Assembly: GCA_016840165.1 (NCBI GenBank) | Contig: JAEOSU010000070.1 | Coordinates: 72,620-136,619 of the forward strand | From: Promethearchaeota archaeon | Lineage (GTDB): Archaea > Asgardarchaeota > Lokiarchaeia > Sigyniarchaeales > SOKP01 | DNA length: 64,000 bases | Direction of reading: 5' to 3' | Part shown: positions 30,905-40,037 of the stretch, piece by piece | Position numbering within the stretch: position 1 is the first letter of the stretch | Layout: each line of letters begins with the position of its first letter | The notes under the pieces: generated by a model | Told to the model about the DNA's origin: nothing | Seen by the model: the letters and a program-made list of their open reading frames with translations, nothing else | The model's database searches: none | Translations under genes and position numbers: made by a program

Positions 30905-31770
30905 AAATCCGCTTTATTTAATACCGCCAAGACTATGTCTGTAATGATCTCCGTTTTTGATTTAGCGATTCCATCTTCCAGCTCTATTTTATTATAAAGC
31001 GCCATGATGGCTCTATCTACCCATTTCTGAGCACTATGTTGTGTCTCTGAATCGATTATTAGATCTGCTAAATCAATAGCACCTCGAATGGAACTTCCCC
31101 TTCGAAGCGAAGTGCTCTCTCTTGTATATTGAATTATTCTCTGGCATAATAACGCAATTTCTGGATCATCAGAATTTTTGAATTTAGCCTCCTGTTTGAT
31201 TATTTTTATTTCTTCTTCGGGATTTTGGTAATCAAGATGAACCCAGATAAATCGATCCTTCAGAGCTTCCCCAAGAACCGTGACCCCAACGTGTGCTGAA
31301 GGATTTTGGGTCGCAACGACAAAGAAGTCTTTATGAGCTTGAATTGTTTTAAGTTTAGGAATTTCTAATAAACCCTCATCTAATGAAGTAAGCAGTGAAT
31401 TTTGAGTACTTTCGGGCATACGATTAATTTCATTTATGAATAAGCACCCTCCATTCATCATTGCTAATGGTAACGGACCAAAGATGTAAGATCCTTCAAT
31501 ATATCCCTTAGAAATTACTAATGGGGGATCCCAATACCCGACTAAATTATGAGATAGTGTCTCTTCATTACAATCAATGCGATAGAAATCCGAATCAAAA
31601 TATGCAGAAATCGCTCGAGCAATGGTAGTTTTTCCTACTCCAACTTCTCCCTCAATAAGAATGTTTTTCCCGACGGAGCGAGCAAGTATAACTTTCTCCA
31701 ATTCAACTTCTCTACCGATGATTTTATATTTTTGTTGAATCTTCTCGATGATATTACGAGTTAGTACCAT
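30898..31770 (-). CDS. MoxR/CoxD-like AAA+ ATPase
   Basis: Walker A GEVGVGKT, Walker B variant LFINE, ATQNP, EALKDRF. Confidence 0.9.
   Translation of the reverse strand: MVLTRNIIEKIQQKYKIIGREVELEKVILARSVGKNILIEGEVGVGKTTIARAISAYFDSDFYRIDCNEETLSHNLVGYWDPPLVISKGYIEGSYIFGPLPLAMMNGGCLFINEINRMPESTQNSLLTSLDEGLLEIPKLKTIQAHKDFFVVATQNPSAHVGVTVLGEALKDRFIWVHLDYQNPEEEIKIIKQEAKFKNSDDPEIALLCQRIIQYTRESTSLRRGSSIRGAIDLADLIIDSETQHSAQKWVDRAIMALYNKIELEDGIAKSKTEIITDIVLAVLNKADFQ
30904..30910 (-). other. Candidate -1 ribosomal frameshift heptamer G_GAT_TTT
   Basis: Falls in the short interval between a -1 frame TAA and the 0-frame TAA; downstream hairpin possible. Confidence 0.45.
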
Positions 31771-31875
31771 AAATAAGATAGTTCGCTATTTCTAAAAAAC
31801 TAACCTAGTTTTAAAATAATGAGAAGTAGCAATAGGCTATACATAAAAAAAATTATAAATATTCTTCTCGAAATT

Positions 31876-32754
31876 TTATGGGAATAGCTCGAGGAAAATG
31901 CTATATAATGATGGAAAATAGGGTATTGGTAAAAGCCGGATTGTATATAATAGCAAAAACATAAAAATTAATATTGAAATGATAATAAAAAGAAAATCCT
32001 TCTTTTTAAATCGTACTCTAGTTAAATTTGTTCGGTGTTTACTTATCCCAAAACAACGATTTTCCATTGAAATCGATGTAACCTGACTTTTCCGAAGAAT
32101 TGTTACAAGTGTGGCAGCCAATCTATCAAAAACTAACCTATATGCTTTTTTGAAAGTATTAACTCCTTCTAATCCCAGTCCACGAGCTTTTTGAGCTAAT
32201 GCAACCGTTTTTGCCTCCTCTTCTATCAATGGGATATATCGAATACCAACCATAAAAGAGAAACAGTACTTATATGGTATTTTTATGCTTATTAAAGCAT
32301 AGACAAAATCTTTCATTGATGTTGTGTTGGAATATACAATAGCCGAAGAAAATAAAGTCAAAACTATAAATAACGCTTTTAAAGCATAATAAACTGCTAA
32401 ACGTCGTATAGGTAAGAATTCAAGATTAAAGAGATAAAATAAAACAGTCTCTTGATTACTTGGAATTGCATTGAAGAAAATATTAAGGAAAACACTAAAA
32501 ATGAGAATAATTATCATAAATCTTAGCTTTCGGAATAAATTCCTCACAGAAATGCCACTAGCTAAAGCTAAAATTAGAATACTTAAAAATATAAGTGCCA
32601 AAAATATTAAGCTATTTATCACAAAGGTCAAAATTGTTAATAAGGTTAAGAATATTATCTTTGATAATGGATTTAATTTATGCATTAGAGAATTTCCAGG
32701 TGTGTAAGCAAAGTAATATTTTTTGTGATCTAATGCTTTATTTTTGCTTTTTAT
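31876..32754 (-). CDS. ecfT: ECF transporter transmembrane T component
   Basis: YTPGNSLMHKLNP N-terminus extends upstream of the called ATG 32685; AQKARG and MENRCF Arg motifs; probable ATA start. Confidence 0.85.
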   Translation of the reverse strand: MKSKNKALDHKKYYFAYTPGNSLMHKLNPLSKIIFLTLLTILTFVINSLIFLALIFLSILILALASGISVRNLFRKLRFMIIILIFSVFLNIFFNAIPSNQETVLFYLFNLEFLPIRRLAVYYALKALFIVLTLFSSAIVYSNTTSMKDFVYALISIKIPYKYCFSFMVGIRYIPLIEEEAKTVALAQKARGLGLEGVNTFKKAYRLVFDRLAATLVTILRKSQVTSISMENRCFGISKHRTNLTRVRFKKKDFLFIIISILIFMFLLLYTIRLLPIPYFPSLYSIFLELFP

Positions 32755-32760
32755 TTTGAT

Positions 32761-34578
32761 TCACACCCCCATTAATCGTTGTTCAACTTGTTTTAAAAGA
32801 ACAATAGGTCCCAAATTACTATATCGCCGAAAATAGTTATCTTTAATGTCATAATCTCTCAATGAACCGTCTTTATTCAATTCCATAATACGTTTAGTAT
32901 ATTTTAACAGCATATGATAATCATGAGATGAGATAATAATTGTTTTTCCCCGTTTATTTTCGATAAATAGTGTTTCAATCAATGCACCAATAGTTCTTTG
33001 GTCTTGACCGATGAATGGTTCATCTAAGAGAATAATCTCGGGATTATATACAAAGATAGAACTCAAATTTAACCTACGTTTCTGTCCCCAGCTTAATTTA
33101 TAAGGATTCTTTTCCATATCTTCATTTCCAATAAGCTCAATGAGTTTATTTAGATAGTTATCCTCAATTTCATTGAGAATGCTGAAATTTTTTGGTCCAT
33201 AGAGAATCTCATCTTTTATTGTTGGGTTAAATATCATCGTTTCAGGGTTTTGAAAAATAAATCCAATCTTCCGAGCATATTCATAAGAATTGAGCTTCTC
33301 GATATTTTGATTTTTATAAAAGATCTCACCAGAGGTAGGACTATAGAGATTAGCTAAAAGATAAAGTAAGGTTGTTTTACCCGATCCATTTGGACCAACT
33401 AAACCAATGAAATCACCTTTTTGAATCTGAATGGAAAGATTATTAATGGCGATGATCCCACTATTAGGATATTTGAAGGTTAGGTCGCGTGTTTCTAAGA
33501 TGATATCATCGATATCATTTTGAGAATCAACTTCTTGAACCAGAGCATATTTTTTCTTATCTTGCTTATAAGATTCGATGTATAGATTTTCAAATTCTAT
33601 TCTTTCTTGATATGATTCATACTTTTCGAAAGATTTAGGATGTATCTCATTATCTATTATGACTTTTCTTAACTTTTCTAATTGCTCTTGAGTTAACTGG
33701 GGTATCAAATTAAATAAGTTGTTAAAATTCATTTCTTTAGGGAAAGAACTGTTATGGTTGGTTGTCTGATTGAATTGATTGTAAATGTTCAAAATCCAAG
33801 GTACGCGGAGATTACAATCTTTTAATTCATTAAATTTGTAAGTAAATAATTCTTTTGTACCCCCATTAAGAGCAATTTCTCCTTTTTCATTGAGAACTAA
33901 TATTTTATCGGCTATATCCATAACTCTTGATAATCGATGTTCGACGATAATAATTGTTATCGGATACTCACTGGAATCTTTCAACTTCTTCAAACGGGAT
34001 AATAATAAACTTTCAGAATTACGATCGAGAAACGCAATAGGTTCATCTAATATAAGAATCTTCGGTTTTAATGCTAAAAATGAAGATAAAATTACCAGTT
34101 GTTTTTGTCCTCCACTCAATTGATCTGTATCCCGATTGAGAAGATGATGAATTCCCATCAATTTGGAAATACCCTCAATTCTATTTTCAATTTCTTCTAT
34201 AGAATATTCTAAATTTTCTAGACCGAAAGCAATTTCATCTTTTACTTTAAACGTTGTTAATTGATCTAGAGGATTTTGCTTCACTACTCCAATTAACCTC
34301 GACAAGTCAATGAAGTCATAGTCCCAAACACTTTTCCCGAAAAGTAAAACCTCTCCCTTCATTAATCCCTTAATACGGAAAGGGATAATTCCACTCATCG
34401 CATAAGTAAGAGTTGATTTACCACTTCCACTTGGACCGGCTAAAACTAATGTTTCCCCTTCTATTAGACTAAAAGAGATTTTTTTTACAACCGGTCTTTC
34501 TGTACTATTCCTACCGTATATAAATGAAAAATCATTAAAGCTAAGAGCGATATTAGAGTGCGAATTGATCCCAATCAC
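32761..34578 (-). CDS. ecfA: ECF transporter ATPase, duplicated ABC domains
   Basis: Two Walker A (GPSGSGKS, GPNGSGKT), LSGGQKQ/LSWGQKR, LDEP. Confidence 0.9.
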   Translation of the reverse strand: MIGINSHSNIALSFNDFSFIYGRNSTERPVVKKISFSLIEGETLVLAGPSGSGKSTLTYAMSGIIPFRIKGLMKGEVLLFGKSVWDYDFIDLSRLIGVVKQNPLDQLTTFKVKDEIAFGLENLEYSIEEIENRIEGISKLMGIHHLLNRDTDQLSGGQKQLVILSSFLALKPKILILDEPIAFLDRNSESLLLSRLKKLKDSSEYPITIIIVEHRLSRVMDIADKILVLNEKGEIALNGGTKELFTYKFNELKDCNLRVPWILNIYNQFNQTTNHNSSFPKEMNFNNLFNLIPQLTQEQLEKLRKVIIDNEIHPKSFEKYESYQERIEFENLYIESYKQDKKKYALVQEVDSQNDIDDIILETRDLTFKYPNSGIIAINNLSIQIQKGDFIGLVGPNGSGKTTLLYLLANLYSPTSGEIFYKNQNIEKLNSYEYARKIGFIFQNPETMIFNPTIKDEILYGPKNFSILNEIEDNYLNKLIELIGNEDMEKNPYKLSWGQKRRLNLSSIFVYNPEIILLDEPFIGQDQRTIGALIETLFIENKRGKTIIISSHDYHMLLKYTKRIMELNKDGSLRDYDIKDNYFRRYSNLGPIVLLKQVEQRLMGV

Positions 34579-34585
34579 TTCCCTT

Positions 34586-35212
34586 TCAAAATGTTGTCGG
34601 AACCCCGGCTTTAATTAGATAATTCTTGATCGCTCTTCCCAAAATTCCTGTTATAAATACACCGGAGATAAATGCAAAAATGAAAGCTAATGCCCAAAGA
34701 CTCCAATGAAGATAAAATCTTTGATTGATAATCCAAAAGAAAGGTGCTTGAAAGAAATTTCCTAAACCACCCGCAAGACCCCAACCTAACTTGGTCTCCC
34801 CTTCACCTAGATTTTCCATTATAATAAAACCTATTACAAGGAAAAAAGCTTCCATTAGATTGACGAATAGTATCAATAGACCCCAAGGATCTCCAAGTAA
34901 GAATTCAATTAATCCTTTTGAGAACATCGTTAAGAAAATATTATATTTTTTTTTGCTGATTCCATAGACAATAGTAGCCCAGATTACATGATGACCACTC
35001 ACAAGTTGAGTCCCTCCAGTAAATGGATACCAAACTTTAATCAAAAGGCTAAATGGTATTAAACTTGAGATGATTCCACCTAATATGCCAATAATAAAGG
35101 CATAAGAAAGATCGAGATTAGTTATTTTTTTCTTTTCGATAAATCCTGTTTCTTTATAAGAATTTGAAATTTCTCCAGATCCTGAATCTGAAATCGGTTC
35201 TCGTTTAACCAT
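34586..35212 (-). CDS. ECF transporter substrate-binding S component
   Basis: About 6 TM, GLIEFLLG motif; operon with ecfA/ecfT. Confidence 0.75.
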   Translation of the reverse strand: MVKREPISDSGSGEISNSYKETGFIEKKKITNLDLSYAFIIGILGGIISSLIPFSLLIKVWYPFTGGTQLVSGHHVIWATIVYGISKKKYNIFLTMFSKGLIEFLLGDPWGLLILFVNLMEAFFLVIGFIIMENLGEGETKLGWGLAGGLGNFFQAPFFWIINQRFYLHWSLWALAFIFAFISGVFITGILGRAIKNYLIKAGVPTTF

Positions 35213-35240
35213 CTTTTTATCTTCCAGATTTGATCACCTC

Positions 35241-35798
35241 CTAAAAATACATTTTAATGATTATTTCGCTGAGCATTTGGACAGAATATTGAGAACTATA
35301 TTGACCCTCAGGCATAGTTGTTTGATCAAGTACAGATCTTAATGGACCATCTCCGAATAACGGAGCTCCATTTTCCTCATAAGCTATAATTACCAGATTT
35401 GGATTATTTTGTGCTATAGATAAATTTAATGGGAATGGAGAATGGTACTGATCCCGAGCCCAAAATTGGAATGTAAGTAAAGACGGATCAACATCGATTA
35501 AGGCTTCTTCAATTATGATGCTCCATAATGATACCCCTGAATAAATAACGTCATCCTCAGTATCAAAACTATTTAAAATATGAAAAGTTTTATCTATATA
35601 TTGATCATATTTATTAGATTTGAGCTGAGTTGTTGTCAGGGTGATTTGTCTGTTTACACCGTCACCTTGGATGGTGATAGTATTTGGATCTTGAAATAAG
35701 TCGACATCTAATTCAATTATTGCAAATATAAATAACCAGACAATTACCATCCCAACAGCAATTGATGCAATTGCTATATAAAAATTTCTAGCTTCCAT
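35241..35798 (-). CDS. Membrane-anchored protein with molybdopterin-oxidoreductase (sulfite-oxidase-like) fold domain
   Basis: N-terminal TM; YSGVSL, ARDQY, IIAYEENGAPL..DGPLR. Confidence 0.7.
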   Translation of the reverse strand: MEARNFYIAIASIAVGMVIVWLFIFAIIELDVDLFQDPNTITIQGDGVNRQITLTTTQLKSNKYDQYIDKTFHILNSFDTEDDVIYSGVSLWSIIIEEALIDVDPSLLTFQFWARDQYHSPFPLNLSIAQNNPNLVIIAYEENGAPLFGDGPLRSVLDQTTMPEGQYSSQYSVQMLSEIIIKMYF

Positions 35799-35801
35799 TT
35801 T

Positions 35802-36668
35802 TCATGTTCTACTATGATTTTTATTCTTAACTATAATTATATAGAAAACACACGTTAAGATTGAGATCGATAAAATAAAGAATTCAAGATTAAAACCTGG
35901 AATAATTAGCTCAGGTTCCCTCAAATCTAATGCATAGGTCCATGATATAGCATGTTCTTCGTCATGATCATTATTTAAAACGGCAATATTGAATTTATAG
36001 AGTTTCTTTTCATTAAATTGAACATCATAGATTTCATTGGTGTTTAATCTTCTTCTCATCTCTAGGATATAGGAACTACTATCGTTAGTGAAAGCCACAT
36101 CGATACTTTTTGCTTCAGGATTTCCTTGAATCCATCCATTCTCATTGAAACAGTCGTCACCACATAAATGTTCTTCCCCAGGAGATACTGTGTCTTGATA
36201 GATCCATCTCCAAGCATCCACACTACCGTTTCCCATACCAAATGTGTCCATATCTAAGGTATAATATGCTGTGAAATTTACAGTATTTATATCCCAACAA
36301 AATGCAATTCCATCTTGTTCTGGAGGATTGTCATCTCTCGGAGAGCTATCCTCCCATTGGCATAAAATTAGAAGATAATCATTATTTATCACAAACGAGA
36401 TATTTAAACTATAAAGTTCTGGGATTACCCCTTCTGCTTCGATTTCAGCCAACATAATTTCCGTTGGATTTGTCCAAAAATTTTCAGAAGGAAGCCCATC
36501 TAGAACAATTTCTGCTTCAGAATTAAAAGGCACATCGATAAAAGTTATTCCATGATATGCTGAACAATCGCCATCGCCAGGATAGGCTGCCGTACTGACA
36601 ATGTAAAAAAAAGGAGTGAATACAATTAAAATTATAGTCAATATCTTTATATTATTTAGGTTTTTCAC
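35802..36668 (-). CDS. Secreted DOMON/EbdC-like domain protein with Loki-CTERM-like anchor
   Basis: Signal peptide; IVLDG..E.FW, QWED, DAWRW, LEMRRRL.T...DVQF; IPGF + TM + K-rich tail. Confidence 0.7.
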   Translation of the reverse strand: MKNLNNIKILTIILIVFTPFFYIVSTAAYPGDGDCSAYHGITFIDVPFNSEAEIVLDGLPSENFWTNPTEIMLAEIEAEGVIPELYSLNISFVINNDYLLILCQWEDSSPRDDNPPEQDGIAFCWDINTVNFTAYYTLDMDTFGMGNGSVDAWRWIYQDTVSPGEEHLCGDDCFNENGWIQGNPEAKSIDVAFTNDSSSYILEMRRRLNTNEIYDVQFNEKKLYKFNIAVLNNDHDEEHAISWTYALDLREPELIIPGFNLEFFILSISILTCVFYIIIVKNKNHSRT

Positions 36669-36785
36669 TTTAATCCTACTCCTTTAAAATATTGTTAAGA
36701 TTTTAAGATTTGTTATGGTATATAAGCGTAAAAAATGGTAATTAAAATTTTTAAAAATTTTTTGTATAGTTTTGCTCGAATTATT

Positions 36786-38225
36786 TTACGTTACAATAAT
36801 ATATTCTTCCTTGGTTATAATCGCTTCAGATCCATCATCATCGGTGACTGTGAGAGATATTGTATAATTTCCTGCCGAAGAGAATTGATAAATCGGATTT
36901 TGGAGTGTAGAATTCACTAGTATTGTGTTAAAAGTCCATAAATAACTAGCGGGTGGATTGTAAACGGTTCCAGTAAACGTAAATTCAACGGAATCACCTA
37001 CGTTTATTTCAGTCTCATTAGCAGTAAAATCAACAACAGGTATAGTGTCAATTTCTATTTTATTTATCATTTTAATTTGATAGCTACGCACACGTCCTGG
37101 AATTATCAATACATAGGGCCCATGACCAAAACCACAAGTCTTTTTATCAGGCCACGCAGGATTTGTAGCTGAAGAAGTTCCATCAGATTCTCCTAAAATT
37201 TTAACCTCATAGGCTAAAATAATTGGCAAATCATCATATACATCTGGTAATGGCACACCATCATCCTCAGGGTCAGTTTTATTTACATAGTCCCAGTAAT
37301 ACGAATCATATTCTAATCCATTATAGACTTCATCTTCAGTTAGACCACGTTTTTTAGATGAACCATGTGGTGCTGCCCAACCATCTGCTGCTCTCGCTTT
37401 AACTTCGAAATTTATACTATCATCTAGACCAACCCAATCACAAAGCATTGAGAGATTTACTCCATTATAGTATCGATTCATACCCCAATCATCAGTTCTT
37501 TCATATTTATAAGTATATGAGTAATTGTAGGATAAATCGGTTATGTTAGATGGGTCCAATGAGAGTTTTAGCTCGTCATCTAAGTATACATCTAACATCC
37601 AATCACTCAACACATTAATTTCTTCCAAGTTATAAATCCGTGCATCCATAGCTTCACCTATAAGTGCAAACGTTCCATACTTACTACCTAAGGGCGAATC
37701 TTGAAGCCACTGCTGATTTGCTGCAATAGCAATCATTATATTCTCTTCAGCATCTTCCAACTTTTCCAAAAGTTGACTCGCACTAGTTCTAAATACATTT
37801 CTTTGTCCAAAATCATCTTCAACTGATGCAAACTCAATATCTCCTGGAAAATAGGTATAGTATTTATCAAAAAGATCAGTTATACTAAAACCAGTAATAT
37901 GAATGTCGGTTTCAGGGTCAATGATTGTCATTAGCCCTATACCAGTATCATAAGCGCTTGCTTGAGCGTTTTGATATACTTCTATTCCTTTCAAAATATC
38001 TTCAAAGTAGATGTGGACATTACTGTGCGTTTGATTATTTAGTATTAAATAGGTAGAGTTTGGTGCGGTACTCCAATCATCAGGCAGTCCAGAGAGATAA
38101 GTGGGAGGAGTTGTAGTAGTTTTAGGTTCCCAAGTTGCTACCACAAATCCTAGCCCACCAGCTAAACCTGTTGCGATAATTATTAATATACCAATTACTA
38201 AATCTTTAGTTTTCATGTTTATCAA
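36786..38225 (-). CDS. Membrane-anchored protein with two Moco-oxidoreductase-like domains and C-terminal PKD domain
   Basis: N-terminal TM + T-rich linker; YNGVNL, AADGW, ILAYE, GPY; PKD motif YLWTF...QNPIYQFSSAGNYTISLTVTD. Confidence 0.7.
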   Translation of the reverse strand: MINMKTKDLVIGILIIIATGLAGGLGFVVATWEPKTTTTPPTYLSGLPDDWSTAPNSTYLILNNQTHSNVHIYFEDILKGIEVYQNAQASAYDTGIGLMTIIDPETDIHITGFSITDLFDKYYTYFPGDIEFASVEDDFGQRNVFRTSASQLLEKLEDAEENIMIAIAANQQWLQDSPLGSKYGTFALIGEAMDARIYNLEEINVLSDWMLDVYLDDELKLSLDPSNITDLSYNYSYTYKYERTDDWGMNRYYNGVNLSMLCDWVGLDDSINFEVKARAADGWAAPHGSSKKRGLTEDEVYNGLEYDSYYWDYVNKTDPEDDGVPLPDVYDDLPIILAYEVKILGESDGTSSATNPAWPDKKTCGFGHGPYVLIIPGRVRSYQIKMINKIEIDTIPVVDFTANETEINVGDSVEFTFTGTVYNPPASYLWTFNTILVNSTLQNPIYQFSSAGNYTISLTVTDDDGSEAIITKEEYIIVT

Positions 38226-38425
38226 TAATTTTTAAGTAAAATTAATGAGAGATAATCTGAGATGCCTTTTAAATGTTATGTATGGAGGGAAATAACGCTA
38301 TGATTTCTAGATTTTTATTCGAATTAAAAAATTGGATTAAGGCTTAGACCATAACTATGAAATTATAAAATGAATGGACTAAAATAATCCAAAAATTACA
38401 AAAGAAAAAGGTAATAATAAAATAG

Positions 38426-39163
38426 TTATGGTAAAGTTACGATGTTAGTTTCTTCATCTAGTTTAATTATCCCTTTCACTGCTAGTTGCTTGATCGTTCT
38501 CACTGCCATAATTGGAGGCACATCTAACAGCTTTTTAAGTTCTTCAAGGTCGCACGAACCTTGGCTCATAATAGTGGCTAAAATATCAACTTCCGGAATT
38601 TCCACTTCTGAATTTTCAATTAGAAATGAGGTGAAAAAATTATTTCTTTTTAATACATACAATTTCTGGTTTAACTCTTCCATTTTTTCTTCCGTATATA
38701 AAGCTTTTAATTGGTTTTCTCGGTTTTCATTGGAAATCTTTTTCTGTTCCAAATCATTATTTTCATTCTCTAAATTTGTAATCTTTTGATTAAGTGTGTT
38801 CAATTTCGAAAGGGTCTCTTCTAATTCCATCGATGGGGCAGTGAGATCATTGCTTAATCGTTCAATATTACTCTTAAGCTCTGTATTTTTACTTATCAAT
38901 TCTTCATTAACGGTCTTCAAATTATTTACCTTTTTCATGAGATCTTCAACCGTGATTTTTAATTTGGTAATTTCTGAATTCTGATTGTTGATTGTTTCTT
39001 CGTGCTTTTTTACCTCATCATGCTCTAATATAATCATTTTCCACGTATTCTTAAGATTTTGTAGTACTGATTCACTATTTTTATGAAAAGCTTGGATATA
39101 CTCATCAAAATTTTTTTCTAGCTGCTCAATATCAGTAAGAATGCTTTTAATTTCCGTACTCAT
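38426..39163 (-). CDS. Coiled-coil protein with C-terminal winged helix
   Basis: Long heptad region then LEELKKLLDVPPIMAVRTIKQLAVKGII. Confidence 0.7.
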   Translation of the reverse strand: MSTEIKSILTDIEQLEKNFDEYIQAFHKNSESVLQNLKNTWKMIILEHDEVKKHEETINNQNSEITKLKITVEDLMKKVNNLKTVNEELISKNTELKSNIERLSNDLTAPSMELEETLSKLNTLNQKITNLENENNDLEQKKISNENRENQLKALYTEEKMEELNQKLYVLKRNNFFTSFLIENSEVEIPEVDILATIMSQGSCDLEELKKLLDVPPIMAVRTIKQLAVKGIIKLDEETNIVTLP

Positions 39164-39918
39164 TAAAAATCCACCTCCTCTTTAAGAAGTATCGTTCCTT
39201 CTTCTTGATTTAATTCAATAGGGGCATTCTCTTCAATCATCTTCTTAATGATTCGAATCGCTTGATCTTCACGCATATCAATGGCAAGTAAAATATTTTT
39301 TAAATCTAAGGTACTTCCTGGCTGTAAAGCGCGTAAAAATTGATATAAAGCGGAATTAATATATTTCTTATCAATAAGTATTTTCATTGCTGCCACTCTA
39401 TTTTCGTAGGTTTTTACATATCTTTCCTTCTTATAAAATGTATTTTCAAGCTCTTTTTCTAACTCTCTCAGCTTCTTTTCAAAAATTTCGATTTCTCGAG
39501 AGATCTCAATATTTCTCTCATTTAACTTTTTTAATCTAACAGTCCGTGATTCAAATTCCTCTTTCTTGATTCGAATGCTTGCTTGTGTATCCTCAATTTT
39601 CTTTTGTTTCTCTTGGATAGTATCGAGTAACCTCTGCTTTTTTACCTGCAATTCACGATTATGTTCATCAAATTTTTGTATATCACGTTGGCATTGAGAG
39701 ATATTTGTTTTTAATAAATTAATCTCTTCATTGTTAGCATCAATTTTATTTAGTAATGACGTCTTTTCTGTTTCAAACTTCTCAATACTGCCAAGAATCT
39801 TCTCTGGTTGCGCCCTTAACTTAGGTATATAATCACTGGTTAATCCACTTATGTCTACAATTAATGAGACCATCTTTTTTAATGACGCTTTAGCATCCAA
39901 TAAAGGTACTTCACTCAC
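39163..39918 (-). CDS. Coiled-coil protein with C-terminal winged-helix-like domain
   Basis: Long heptad region then LDLKNILLAIDMREDQAIRIIKKM; 1-nt TAATG overlap with the next gene. Confidence 0.7.
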   Translation of the reverse strand: MSEVPLLDAKASLKKMVSLIVDISGLTSDYIPKLRAQPEKILGSIEKFETEKTSLLNKIDANNEEINLLKTNISQCQRDIQKFDEHNRELQVKKQRLLDTIQEKQKKIEDTQASIRIKKEEFESRTVRLKKLNERNIEISREIEIFEKKLRELEKELENTFYKKERYVKTYENRVAAMKILIDKKYINSALYQFLRALQPGSTLDLKNILLAIDMREDQAIRIIKKMIEENAPIELNQEEGTILLKEEVDF

Positions 39919-40037
39919 ATTAACTCTCCTAATAAGTGTAAATTGAATATTTATTTACTATCATATGATCTTATGATTATTAAATTTGCATTTTTCAAAA
40001 GGTAAAGAGAAGTGAATAAAATTTATGAGTCTTGCGT

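Noticed and set aside
32685-32763. ecfA TGA stop is in frame with ecfT, suggesting Sec or readthrough fusion
   Set aside because: No SECIS-like element seen downstream of ecfT; an ATA start after a GGTG-type SD explains it more simply.
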